NCBI RefSeq assembly: GCF_006345805.1 | Contig: NC_042998.1 | Span: forward strand, 140,430,001 to 140,494,000 | Source: Octopus sinensis | Lineage: Eukaryota | DNA length: 64,000 bases | Direction: 5' to 3' | Shown: in pieces, positions 24,250-37,417 of the stretch | Position numbering within the stretch: position 1 is the first letter of the stretch | How the letters are laid out: each line of letters starts with the position of its first letter | Made by a program: the position numbers and the translations under genes | Notes under the pieces: generated by a model | What the model was told of the DNA's origin: nothing | Database searches by the model: none | What the model saw: only the letters and a program-made list of their open reading frames with translations

Positions 24250-24990
24250 AGTGTATAAAGGAATGGGAAATGTAGAGGTGTTGGCAAGAATGTGGGGGTT
24301 GAGAGGTGAGTAGAAACTTGGAAGTGGATAGATATTGGTTTCAATTTTTGGCACAAGGCCAGCAATTTCGGTGACGGAAGTATAAGTATTGGGAAGTGTA
24401 TATATGTTGGAAAATGTATAGAAGTTGGTAAGTTTATAAGTGATGGGAAATGGATTGGTGACTAGTAGTGCATATGTGTTGAGAAGTGTATAGATCATGG
24501 TTAAGTGTATTGAAGATGGGAAGTGTATTGGTTTTGAGAGGATGATAAGCGTATAGAAGTTGGTAAGTGTATGGATGATCGGAGTTTATTAAATTGGTAG
24601 TGTTTAGAAGATAGTCTCTGTATGAATCTGAAAGTGTACACAAGCTAGATTGTGTATGGAAGATAAGAAGTGAATAGAGATGGTGAATGTATGGAAGCTT
24701 GGAAGCGTGTAGAAGTTGGGAAGTGTGCTAAATATAAGGCAGTGTATAGTAGATGAGAAGTGTATGTTAAAGTATAGAAAATGGAAAGTACTTTGTATAG
24801 AAGTTGGAAAATGGATTGAGGACGGGAAATAAAGAAAAGCTGGAATGTAAATAGAGGGCGGGAGTGTATAGAAAGAAAATGGGAAGTGTATAACTGAAAT
24901 GATTTGTATAGAATATAACAAAAGTGTATGGAAGATGGGAAATATATAGAAGTTCGGAAGTGTATAGAAGATAGGAAGCGTATGGAAAAT
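24250..24990 (+). repeat. Degenerate C-poor minisatellite, unit about agaagttgggaagtgtat (~18 nt)
   Basis: Recurring ggaagtgtat/ggaaaatgtat/agaagttgg words; strong strand asymmetry. Confidence 0.7.
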
Positions 24991-25499
24991 CAGTGTATCT
25001 GTGAAAGCAAATAAGAGCTAAGAAAATTACATTTGTTAAGCCAATAAAGTTGTCGTAAAAACGTCTAAAGGGATTTCCTATCACAATTTAAGTTAATTAG
25101 CAGAAAACCTTATATTCTACTTCTTCTAGGTCTTTAGGTTCGCTGCATATGGTACCTAGGTGTGCTGCAAGGAGTATGTATGTGCCTTACGATATTTATC
25201 TAAGTGTGCGGCAAGTAGTATCTCGGTGAGCCACATAGAAAAATTATGTGGGCCGTGCATTCTTAAAACATATAAATTAAAGTTTTTGAAAAATTCATAT
25301 TCGATGCTTGAGCTCCTTAAAAACCATGTTTCATAATTTCGTTATACAGAAATCAGTTTAATAAAATGAAATAAACAATCTAATTCCTATATTTTTCACT
25401 TAGATTTTTTTTACTTACAACATTCATCTTTTTTCTCGGCCCACTGTTCCTGGAAAGGTAGTGGAGGTAGATTCCTCACGTGCCTCCTCTGTAGGGTCC

Positions 25500-25800
25500 T
25501 AACCGAAGTAACCGTCATTATGCTCTCTTGTTGGATTCCCAAGAATGACCAACCGTGACTGGATATCATCCAACAACCTTGTTCTTGCTCTACTCCTACG
25601 TCTGTTCCGTTTGGCTCAGATTGAAGAATTCCTCTTAAGATTCTTTCCTGCTACATTCTAATCACATATCCGTATAACCGGAATTGTGATTGACCTCTCG
25701 ATGCAGAGAAGTAACGATTCAACCTAGTGAGACTCTAATCTCAGATCAACGAACCCTGTCGAGTAACGTTACTCCAGAGATTCCAAGGAGGAACCTCATT
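25500..25800 (-). mobile_element. RTE-like LINE C-terminal fragment
   Basis: Minus strand GYVIRM*QERILRGILQSEP and RRRSRARTRLLDDI, similar to the RTE GRPR..W.D.I motif. Confidence 0.5.
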
Positions 25801-26003
25801 TCGGCTGTTTGTATGTGCGATCGTACTCTTTTGGTCATTATGCAACACTTATGACTGTAGGTGAGGATAGGCACGAAAAACGATTGTTCGTTTCATTTCC
25901 TTGATCTTTAATACGCCAGACACAGCCAAACAGTCTCACACATAAAAAACCTGTTGTTTCGTTTGATATGATGCGTATACATACATACATACATATATAT
26001 ACA

Positions 26004-26347
<344 letters not shown>

Positions 26348-27145
26348 TTGATCTATGCTTGTCTTTTTCAATGTACATTGTTCGAGGACATTGGTTACTG
26401 AATATCTTGTTCCGCTAGATTTTATTAGGCTTGTTTTTAGTGTAGTATCACGTTTCTGATGTGATATAGGTTGAAAAACAACGTATCGAGTTGTGTATAC
26501 TCGTTGTATAGTCTATATGTTTTAAGTTCTTAATTTGTTGTTCCTAAGGTTTGTGTTGTGTTATCATGTCGAGTATCGGTGGTTGAATAGTTTTTCCTTA
26601 ATATGTTTAGTTCGCTTGTTGCTTTGTATTATAATTTTAAGTTAACAATATCCTTTTTGGGAGTAAGTTCTTTGTTTTATAGGTACTGCTTTGTAACTAT
26701 AAGTCAATACTAATGGTTTTCATTTTATGCTGTTTCTTATAGTAAATAGCAGGTGTTCGCGTATTGACCATACTAGGCTAATGTTTCGCTCCTGCTGCTT
26801 ACTATTGGTTACCAGGCAGCGTTTACATTTTTAATGCTGTTGACACTGCCGGATTCGATAGTTACTGTCAAAGTGTTGAAACTATAGTGATATCCGTTTG
26901 GCGGCTGATGATAGGGATACATATTTGCTCTCTTTATTTCACATCCAGCAGCAACACGAGTGAGGACACATTACAAATACAGAGGACTTTTAAGACTAGG
27001 AAATACCCACCACCGAACCAGTAACTAACAGCCTTTAAGGATGAACTGTGGATGAACATTAAATGAGCATTAAATTTAAGAAATTCTTTCTAAGAAGAAA
27101 TGAACACTTACGAAAATTACTTTGAAATTACTTATTTATATATAT

Positions 27146-27541
27146 ACTCTTTACTCTCTCTTTTACTTGTTTCAGTCATCTGACTTCGGCCATGCTGGAG
27201 CACCGCCTTTAATCGAGCAACTCAACTCCGGGACTTATTCTTTGTAAGCCCAGTACTTATTCTATCGGTCTCTTTTGCCGAACCGCTAAGTGACGGGGAC
27301 ATAAACACACCAGCATCGGTTGTCAAGCAATGCTAGGGGGACAAAACACAGACACACAAACATACACGCACACACATATATATACATATATACGACGGGC
27401 TTCTTTCAGATTCCGTCTACCAAATCCACTCACAAGGCTTTGGTCGGCCCGAGGCTATAGTAGAAGGTGCCACGCAGTGGGATTGAGCCCGGAACCATGT
27501 GGTTGGTAAGCAAGCTACTTACCACACAGCCACTCCTGCGC
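27146..27541 (-). mobile_element. Near full-length, well-preserved SINE family A
   Basis: Head gcgcaggagtggctgtgtggtaagtagcttgc..ggttccgggctcaatccc (A/B boxes); tail tgactgaaacaagtaaaagag. Confidence 0.85.
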
Positions 27542-27619
27542 TATATATATATATATATATATATAGATATATATATATATAATATTAATATTTGTTTTTA
27601 TGTTCAGTTACAATATTTT

Positions 27620-27812
27620 CCAGTATAGGCACAACGGGGCGGGTAGTCGATTACACCAACCCCAGTACTCAATTGCCACTTAATTTAGTGAGCCCGAAGG
27701 ATGAAAGGCAAAGTCGACCTCGGCGGAATTTGAACTCAGAACGTAGCGACGGACGAACTACCGTTAAGCATTTCGTTCAGCGTGCTTACGATTCTGCCGG
27801 CTCGCCGCCTTA
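27620..27812 (-). mobile_element. SINE family B
   Basis: Head ggcggcgagccggcagaatcg and core on the minus strand. Confidence 0.8.
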
Positions 27813-27894
27813 TATTCAGTCACAATAAAAACAATTTTACACATTAACCTGATGGGTTACTCTATACTTTTGTAGAGTAAAAATTTATGATTCC

Positions 27895-27991
27895 TATACA
27901 AGAATGCTGTTGACAGTGACTTCGATGTTTCGTCGGTCGATGGTTTAGATGGCCGAAGCCTCTAAATCACTGTCAACAACATCCTTGTATA
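27895..27991. repeat. Fold-back hairpin, 28-bp arms (25/28), 41-nt spacer
   Basis: tatacaagaatgctgttgacagtgactt / aaatcactgtcaacaacatccttgtata. Confidence 0.85.
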
Positions 27992-28243
27992 AAAACAGTG
28001 TGTGTGTATGCGTATGTGCGTATGCGCGCGCATTTGTATAGGCACAAGTATAATCGTCACTAAAGTGACCGGGGGTGCTACACAGCGCCAGCATTGTTAG
28101 AAATAGGAGTCAAAACAACAGTTAGCCACGCGAGAACACTTATCTAACGACTGACAAGGGGAACAAGCTTCCTACAGCAAGAAAAATGGAGTCATATCAT
28201 CGATATTTCAGATTTGAAAATGATTTATGATTCATTATATATA

Positions 28244-28283
<40 letters not shown>

Positions 28284-28876
28284 TATATATATATACACAC
28301 ATACATACATACATACATATATATATACATACATACATACATAAATACATACATGCATACATAAATACATACATACATACATACATACATACATACATAC
28401 ATACATACATACATACATACATAGCGTACATTATATAGCGTTTGATGTGAAGTACGCGTGCGTTTGATGTACACCATATTACATTTGGTATGCATATAGT
28501 TAAGTATATGGAGAGACTATTTAGTAATCATCGATTGTACTGTATACTTACCTAACAGGAAAAATGTCTGCTCCCAAATAATTTATAAGTAACAAGCACA
28601 CAACAAAGCATAACACAATCTTCTACAAGTTTCTTTGCAGTTAGAAAAGATTAATGTATCTATTACTGTGTATTTTAGTAAACTGATAACATTTTATCGT
28701 CATTTTTAATCTCAGAAACTAAGAAACAAATAAAAGGAACTCTTTAAGACGGTTAATCAGTCAGGGAAATTTTCGTTTCTCCCCGCCTCGTATTCATGAT
28801 GATGAAGATGATGATGATGATGATGATGATCATCATCATCATCATCAACTTCTTCTTCTTCTTCTTCTTCTTCTTC

Positions 28877-28976
28877 NNNNNNNNNNNNNNNNNNNNNNNN
28901 NNNNNNNNNNNNNNNNNNNNNNNNNNNNNNNNNNNNNNNNNNNNNNNNNNNNNNNNNNNNNNNNNNNNNNNNNNNN
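28877..28976. other. Assembly gap (100 N)
   Basis: Run of N; flanks are different simple repeats. Confidence 1.
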
Positions 28977-28995
28977 ATATATGTATATATGTATG

Positions 28996-29046
<51 letters not shown>

Positions 29047-29217
29047 GTGTGTATATGTTTGTGTGTCTGTGTTTGTCCCCCAGCATCGCTTGACAACCTA
29101 GCGGTTCGGCAAAAGAGACCGATAGAATAAGTACTAGGCTTACAAAGAATAAGTCCTGGCGGTACTCCAGTATGGCCGCAGTCATATGACTGAAACAAGT
29201 AAAAGAGTAAAAAGAGT
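28977..29217 (+). mobile_element. SINE family A, 3' half (head lost in the gap)
   Basis: gtttgtcccccagcatcgcttgacaacc..tgactgaaacaagtaaaagag. Confidence 0.8.
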
Positions 29218-29687
29218 ATATATACATACACACTCAAACGTGCGCGCGCGCACACACACCACACATACGAGCAAACACACGCGCACATATAAACATGTAT
29301 TCACTTTCAAACATACATGTGCATAGACATAGATATATATATATAGATGTATTGAGAGAGTTAGATACATACACATACTCACACACACACACATATGAAT
29401 TGTGGGAGCCGTTTTGTACAATTACTGATAATGTTATCAAATATGTATTGTCATCACGCTTAGAGACTCCCTTAAACGCTCAGAATATTATTATATCTTC
29501 CGATTCCTAAAGTTTAAGTCTGTTATTGTTATCAAAAAGAACATTTCGATGTGATCACGATTTACAACTTCCGCAGCATATACTCTAATATATACATTAC
29601 GATGTCACCCATCAACGTTTTTGTTGTCGATTGGTTTCTACCCTTTGGGGTCTGTATCTCTCTTTCCCCTTCTCTCTCTCCTTCTCC

Positions 29688-29725
<38 letters not shown>

Positions 29726-30291
29726 TCTCTCTCGGTCGTTCGCTCACTCTTGTGTCGCTATGCAGGGAAAGCAGTGGCTGCGCTGAAAGAGTTGGAAGGA
29801 AGTGAAAGGAAGTATCTTTAAAACCAGAATATTAGAAACGCAAATACTTTTTGTGGGAAACTGAGTGCAATGTGGATAGAAAGAGAGAGTGAGAGAGATA
29901 AAAACTGGGGGAGAGACATGATGCTGACAGACAGGACGGGAGAAAAACTTAGCCGTCACCTAACAGTTAGGCAACAGACAATGAATATAAGATAAAATGA
30001 GAGAGAGTAAGCAAGAGAGAGAGAGAGAGAGAGGTGGGGAGAAAAAGCGAGGGAGAGAAGTGAAAAGCAGAAAGATGGATCTTTACCACAGTAAGTAGTG
30101 GGGATTAGAGATGTAATGCGAAAAGAAGATAACTGAGACTGCGCGAGTGAATAGTATAAATAGAATGATATATAGTAGAGAGAAAGAGGAAGAAATTCCT
30201 GTATTATATTGCAGTGCAATAAAGAAGGGAAAAAACATAAGAGGTGGAGGGAGGTTTTCGTGGAGAGATTATATGTATTTAAATGAGTTGC

Positions 30292-30513
30292 AACAGAAGT
30301 TATGCAATCATATTCATTAGCTAACAGTTATTTCTGCTATTAGAAACAATGCACGCACTCACAGCCGACTGCTTGTGCAACATCCTATAACTTCCTTGGT
30401 ATTTAAATGCTTTCCGAAGTAGACATACGCTCTACAAGCACCCAACTCTGAGTGCACTGTTTCTACAGCAGAAACAGCAGTAAGCTAATGCAGGTGATTA
30501 CGTAATTCCTGTT
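30292..30513. repeat. Degenerate fold-back inverted repeat (~60-bp arms)
   Basis: cattagctaacagttatttctgctattagaaacaatgcac (30315-54) versus gtgcactgtttctacagcagaaacagcagtaagctaatg (30452-90), extending outward. Confidence 0.7.
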
Positions 30514-30893
30514 CGCTCGTCATTCGTCAAGTAATATTTCGCTCTGTACTCGCGTGACGCTTTACTCTAAAGCATGTATATAACGAGCACTAACAACTAG
30601 TAATTAGTAGTGCTATGCCTAAGTGAAATCATAATAACAATTATACACACAACACACAACACACAAACGTTTGCTTTTATATTATAATAAAAACAATTTA
30701 ACATTAAACAGGAGAATTACGCAATAATTTTGGTAGAATACAATTTTATTCTTCTTTAACAAGAAGAGTTTGACAATGACTAGCTAACCCAACACCGTCC
30801 CATCCGATGACAATCTGTTGATGCCCAAGCTGGGCGAAAGTTCGAAGTCACTGTTAATGTTTTTCTTAAGGAATAATATATATATATATATAT

Positions 30894-30933
<40 letters not shown>

Positions 30934-31505
30934 CACACACACACACACACAAACACATTTGATGGGGCAACGAAAATTGCCGATACTGACGTCAGTCTTA
31001 AGAATTCTCAGTCGGCATTTTTCAGACAATTTTGGTCCCTGTTAATGTATGTGTTTTCATTCATGTGCGTCAACTACAGTATTTTAGCTCTTATTTCTAG
31101 CAATGTAGGTGCTTTTTAACAGCCTAGTCACATTTGGTAACGATTATAATTTTTTATATTTGGTGAAACATTGCAACCTGTTGTTTATATTAATTTCGTG
31201 TGTGTATTTGTGTGTGTGTGTATGTTTGTTTGTGTGCGTATGTGTGTGTGTGTAAATGTATGTGTATCTATGAATTTTCCCTTTATTTCTGTTGACAGGT
31301 CTCCAGTATGTCATCGTAGCTTCTTGTTATTCTGTCATTTATTGGTTTCAGCATCATGAGCGTCACCATGCTGGAGCACCACCTAATTTAATGTCAATAC
31401 TTTCGACAGTTATCGGTTTTAAGGCCGCTTCGAGCAACCGGTTAGCAAGTGTTTTGTGAGTAAATTTTGTACTCGGGGACTGTGCGGAAGCCCATTGTGT
31501 GTGTG

Positions 31506-31551
<46 letters not shown>

Positions 31552-32055
31552 GCGCGCGTGTTCATATATGTATTTTTGTGCTTGTCACCCAGTAATACTT
31601 GGTGAGTGATGGTTTGTTTACGTCCTCGAAACCTAGCGGCTCACTAAAAAGAAATTGATCGATTTGTTTAACTTAAGCCTGTTGTGATGATTTCCTAAAT
31701 ACGGACGCAATTCAATGCCTTAAACAACAAAAAGTATTTAAACATGGCTGTGTGGATGAGAAGTTCCAGGTTCAATCCCATAGTGCGACATCCAGGACAA
31801 GTGCTTTCTACTATAACCTCGGACTGACCATTAAAAACAGAGCCTGAGAAACCTGGTGGTGGTCTGTATCAGATTTCCCTTCTTCCCACGGTATACAAAC
31901 GTTTATGATCTTAGAAAATTATTTGTATGTGTGTGTGTGGGGGGGGTTGTTATTTGGTAGGAAAGAAAGTCCTGTCGCTTTTCTGACATGATCACTTTGA
32001 AGATGTTTTTTTGAATTTTTACGGTAAAATTAGCATTAATTTTTACATTCTAGCT

Positions 32056-32462
32056 GCAGGCGTGGCTGTGTTGTAAGTAGCTTGCTTATCAACCACATGG
32101 TTCCGGGTTCACTCCCACTACCTGACACCTTGGGAAAGTGTTTTCTACTATAGCTTCGGCCTAACCAAAGCCTTGAGACGAAAACTGAAAATAGCCCGTC
32201 ATATATGTGTGTGCGTGTGTGTGTGTGTATGTGTGTGTGTGCGTGCGCACGTGTCGTTGTATCTGTGTTTTCCTTCACCATCGGTTGACAACAGGTGTTG
32301 GTGTGTAACTTAGCAGTTCGGTAAAAGAGAACGAAACTAGGTTTTATAAAAAAGCATAAGTTCTGGGATCAATTTGTTCGACTAAAACACATCAAGGCTA
32401 TGCCCCAGCATGACCGCAGTCAAATGACTGAAACAAGTAAAAGATAAAAAATAAAAAGATAA
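32056..32462 (+). mobile_element. SINE family A
   Basis: gcaggcgtggctgtgttgtaagtagcttgc..tgactgaaacaagtaaaagata. Confidence 0.8.
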
Positions 32463-32529
32463 TGTTTCTTTTTCTCTTTATATGATAATGGCTAAATTCG
32501 TATCGATTTCATCCTTTTTAAAGGAGTTT

Positions 32530-33200
32530 AGTTCAGACCTATATCAGACGTTGCATGCTGTATGAATTCAAAAGGGCTTCTTCAACAATAGAAGAAGCAA
32601 GAAATATTCGTTCTGTCTATGAAAATGAAGCTTGAAGCCTCCGGACACGTCATCGATGGTTTGGTCATTTTCGCTCTCAATCTGAACGACGAAGCTCTGT
32701 TAACATTGAGCTCCGAAAACCACATTTGAAGATAATCCGAAGCATTCTGGCACGAACATCAGCGAAACTTTCCGGCTAAAGTCACACTTCGATCACAAAA
32801 CACATTCATGAATTAGGAAAACGTGCCAAAACTTGGTCAGTGGGCCCCTCGTCACCTGATTGCTTCTCAGCTCAATCAAAAAGTTGCCTTCTTGGTTGCC
32901 ACTGAAGAGGAAATATGTCACCGAAACTTTCCTGAGGAGAATCATTGCAAGTGATGAGAAAGGGATTCTCTAATCATATCCAAAGAAAACGACACTGATT
33001 AGCACTCAATGAACAAGGGAAAATGTCATGTTCTATGCTCGATGGGATATGAAGGGTGACGCACATCATGAAGTGTTAAACAAAAATTAAACAGTTAAAG
33101 CTGATGAATATTGTCGGCAATTGGATGCAGCTACACAAAATTTTGCAAAAGAAAATGTGCCCATCATTAGTCAATTGTAAATAAGTGTTGTTCGCACACG
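32530..33200 (+). pseudogene. Decayed mariner transposase fragment
   Basis: IRRCMLYEFK..ARNIRSVYENEA..RWFGHFRS..IIASDEK..VLFAHDN; ends at a MITE boundary. Confidence 0.7.
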
Positions 33201-33830
33201 ATAATACTCTGTGATAAAATATTTATTTTATTTCATTTATTTATCTATTTTTCTCTTTGGTCAGAAGTGTTATTTCCTATTTACTTCTATCTAGGAATCA
33301 AAGGAAATGACTATTTTTCCCTTTAAACTCTGCTTTTATGTCTTGAACATCAATGTTTTGAACCTGACCTATTTTCCAATACATTTAAGACAGATGTAGC
33401 TTTGAGTTGCTGAAGCAGAATTTCTAGAACTTTGTTTTTGTGACCTGGACATCAATGTTTTGAAACTGACCTATTTTTCCAGTACATTTCAGGCAAATTC
33501 AGCGCCAAGTTGCTGAAGCAGAAATATTATTATAGTAAATATTCTGCTCAATACCACAGATTGATCGTAACCACTTGAGCATGTTGCTTGATCGTAACCA
33601 CTTGAGCATGTCCCCGAGTGGTTGACAATATGTGCATCTCTGATCATGAACAGGAGTAGTAGTGGGGAGCATCATAGCCATGTATTGAGAGGGATACTCT
33701 GGGGGTTTGAATAAATGTAACAAAAACAAAGTTTGAAGGAAATATTAGCCATTTTTCATACTTTTTAGGGATAAGCAAATAGAAATTAACAGTTTCTACC
33801 GAAGGACAAAAATCGTTTTTACAGTGTAAT
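33201..33830 (-). mobile_element. MITE-like family X copy 2 with internal duplications
   Basis: Reverse complement of 372-858; ~100-bp duplication near 33340-33520 and ~24-bp duplication near 33560-33610. Confidence 0.65.
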
Positions 33831-34559
33831 GTAAGTTCCCCTAGTGCCCAAGTCATTCAGGAAAAGATTGTGGAACTAAATATGGAGGTTTTGCTTTTTT
33901 CTCCTTTCTCCGCTGACTATCATCTTTTCAGATCACTGCAACATTATTAAAAATAAAGAAGTTTAAATTGATATTGAGTGTTTCTTTGCTTCAAAAATCT
34001 TAAGTCTTTGACGCCCGAGGAATCAACAATTTGCCAAAGGGATGGGATTATGTTACTAATAGAGAAGGGAAATATTATCTTGATTAAAATATCAATTAAC
34101 ATCAAAGAATAATTTATTTATTTCCCATCTTGAGGCACAACATTCTTTCCAACCAAATGTATAAAAGAATACAATAGAATCTAAGATGAATGGTAATTTT
34201 CTACGTCAGCTAAAATTTTAATATAGAAAAAGAAACAGAAAGACCACTTCCTGCGGCCATTTCATTGCACTCTTTTTATCACTTATGTGTGCATTGTGTG
34301 TTTGTGTATGTATGTATGTATGTATGTATGTATGTATGTATGTATGTATGTATGTATGTATGTATGTGCTTGTCCAATAAGTTTTCGTAAGCCAGAAAAT
34401 AAATACTCTTCCATTCAGTCATGTCCGATGATTGTTAATATACCTTTCCACACTTGGATGGTTATTTAACATGAAAGCGTTCGGTATCATGAATCGATTA
34501 TTATGAGGCTAGATTTATAATACTGCATAAATACTGTGTAAATAATGTGAGTGTGGTGT

Positions 34560-34665
<106 letters not shown>

Positions 34666-35449
34666 TGTCTGTCTGTCTGTCTGTGTCTGTGTATGTTTTA
34701 CAGCTTTTGACAAGGCTGCAGGCAAAGCCTTAAGATTAGAGGCTCAGTTCATCATCCAAGCTCTCATACATTTTCTCTTTACCTAATTTCACTGGAGCAG
34801 AACAAAATTCCTGATAATATTGAGGCGACACCAGACGTGTTTGTTGTAGAGGTCGGTGAATGTAAGAGAACAAATAGAAAACCTAGGTCAAAGTATAATT
34901 GCAAAATAGAATGACAAAGAGAAGAAAATAAATGTTAAGTTGGGTTTCTTTCAACAAGGATGGTGTTATGAAATCAGGCAACTCAATGAAAACTGCTTCA
35001 AAAGAAAAATCTGAAACCAAAGCAGATCTCTAGAAGTTGTTTACGAACCTGAAAACGTAGACCCTAACAGCAGAGATGGAAGGGAAAACTGGTAATCTGC
35101 CAACACGAGATGGAAAGATCAATGCCCAGCATAACATATAAAGACAGAAACATGAAGAAATGGGGAAGAGAACAGTCGAAGGAACACGATATTCTGAGCA
35201 CTATGATAATGATGCTGCTGCTGCTGCTGATGATGATGATGATGATTTCACTTGCAGCCAGGACGAATGATGCTGGGGACAATACAAGGACAGACATAAA
35301 GTGTGTGCGTGTGGAGTTCATTATATGTAAACCCCCATACTTTATGTCTGTCTTTGAATTGTCCCCCTCATCCTTCGTCCTGGTGGCAAATAAAAGAAAT
35401 ACCACCACCACTACCATCATCATCCTCATCATCACTATTATTATTTCTT

Positions 35450-35735
35450 TTATTTACTTCAGGGGCACAGATTAGGGGAACATTACAAGGACAGTTTACA
35501 GTTCATGTGGGGAGAGGGGGTTACAAAACAAGATGAGGGAAAAGAAATGGAAAGGAAGGTGAAATGAGATAAAAGTATACACAGTATGTGCACACATCTA
35601 TGATGCAATCCTCCTGAAGCAAGAGAACCTCCAGTTAGAGCCAATCAAGGAACCCCCACAGATCCAGCATCACCCTGACCATCAAAGGCACAAGTCTTCG
35701 CCAAGTGAGAGAGCACTTCCTTCTCGGTACAAAAC
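35450..35735 (-). mobile_element. Possible L1/Tx1-like 3' fragment
   Basis: Minus strand EKEVLS / WRRLVPLMVRV similar to 5110-5200; ends aataaaagaaataataatag. Confidence 0.35.
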
Positions 35736-36084
35736 CAGCAGTTTTAAGAAGATTGTGTTGGTCGATTACATCGACCCCAGTATTTGACTGATACTTTATT
35801 TTATCGACCCCTAAAAGGATGAATGACAAAGTCGACTTCGGCAGTTTTTGAGCTCAGAACGTAAAGAAATACCGCTAAGCATTTTGTCCGACGCACTGAA
35901 GATTCTGCCAGCTCACCGAAAATAGACGCGGACAAGACATATCTGCAAAAGGATATGAGTCACTAGAAGCTACGAGCAACTAGGGTGTTGATCCGGGTTG
36001 TCACCTGCTAGGGGCATCACATCATGTGTTTAATACCTTCGAAATCAAAGGAGTAATTCAAAATAAATTTAACACTTTAATATA

Positions 36085-36910
36085 TTCTTTTCTACTCTAG
36101 GCATAAGGTCTTAACACTTTTCTATTCTTGGCACAAGGCCCGAAATTTTGGGGGGAGAGGCCAGTCGATTAGATCGACGTCAGTACGCAACTGGTATTTA
36201 ATTTATCGACCCCAAAAGGATGAAGGGCAAAGTCGACCTCGGCGGAATTTGAACACAACGTAAAGACAGACGAAATACCTATTTCTTTATTACCCACAAG
36301 GGCCTAAACACAGAGAGGACAAACAAGGACAGACAAACGGATTGAGTCGATTACATCGACCCCAGTGCGTACCTGGTACTTAATTTATCGACCCCGAAAG
36401 GATGAAAGGCAAAGTCGACCTCGGCAGAATTTGAACTCAGAACGTAACGGCAGACGAAATACCGCTAGGCATTTCGCCTGGCGTGCCAACGCTTCTGCCA
36501 GCTCGCCGCCTTAAATAAATATTCTTTTCTACTCTAGGCACAAGGCCCGACATATTTGGGGAGGGGGCCAGTCGATTACATCGAACCCAGTGCGCAATTG
36601 GTACTTAATTTATCAACTGAGAAAGGATGAAAGGCAAAGTCGACCTCGGCGGAATTTGAACTCAGAATGTATAGACAGACGAAATACCTATTTCTTTACT
36701 ACCCACAAGGGGCTAAACACAGAAGGGACAAACGGATTAAGTCGATTACATCGACCCCAGTGAGTAACTGGTACTTATTTAATCGACCCCGAAAGGATGA
36801 AAGGCAAAGTCGACCTCGGCGGAATATTTGAACTCAGAACGTAACGGCAGACGAAATACGGCTAAGCATTTCGCCTGGCGTGCTAACGGTTCTGCCAGTT
36901 CGCTGCCTTA
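36085..36910 (-). mobile_element. Two head-to-tail dimeric SINE family B elements
   Basis: Four core units; heads at about 36510 and 36910; tails tctactctaggcacaaggcc. Confidence 0.85.
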
Positions 36911-37007
36911 ACACTTTAATATATTATATAAAGACTTTTAAATTTGAAGGTTTTTACTCTGGTAAACTTTATTCTTGTAAAAGTATATATCAGCGCCACA
37001 GACAGTA

Positions 37008-37417
37008 CCGAGAGATAATACTTATCTTGACTTAAACGTGGATGTTCTGTCGGAACAAACAATACTGCAGTAGATATCATGACAGAATCTCCCATATTGG
37101 CTTTTGATATTAATACTGCCTTTGTCGTTAATATACATTTTTTTAACACGCTCACAGGCTACCCGCGAAACTAGCTCCTCTTCTGGTATCGTTTCTTTAA
37201 ATATCATTAACGAAACCAAGGAAAGTCGAAAATACGTGATCTAGTGGTTTCGGCGCAGTAGATAGCGGGGATTTATCCCCCACCCCCTCTATCAATATAA
37301 GCAAGAGTGCATTTTGCACCAAAAGCCAATATCAGAGTTTCTCTCAAGCTATCTACCGCAGTATAGTTTGTTCTGTCAGAACATCCGCATTTAAATGAGA
37401 ATAAATATTACCTCCTG
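37008..37417. mobile_element. TA-flanked MITE with ~100-bp TIRs (Tc1/mariner superfamily)
   Basis: ttaaacgtggatgttctgtcggaacaaac..atattggcttttg versus caaaagccaatat..gtttgttctgtcagaacatccgcatttaa; TA on both sides. Confidence 0.75.

Noticed and set aside
26350-26950. Penelope GIY-YIG fragment on the minus strand
   Set aside because: Only vague resemblance; no recognisable motif could be translated
28800-29040. ORFs spanning the N run
   Set aside because: Assembly gap; continuity across it is unknown
31299-31385. Strong splice acceptor followed by GLQYVIVASCYSVIY
   Set aside because: No convincing donor, and the sequence runs into a SINE tail remnant
36085-36910. CRISPR-like or satellite array
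   Set aside because: Units are SINE modules without unique spacers; eukaryotic context
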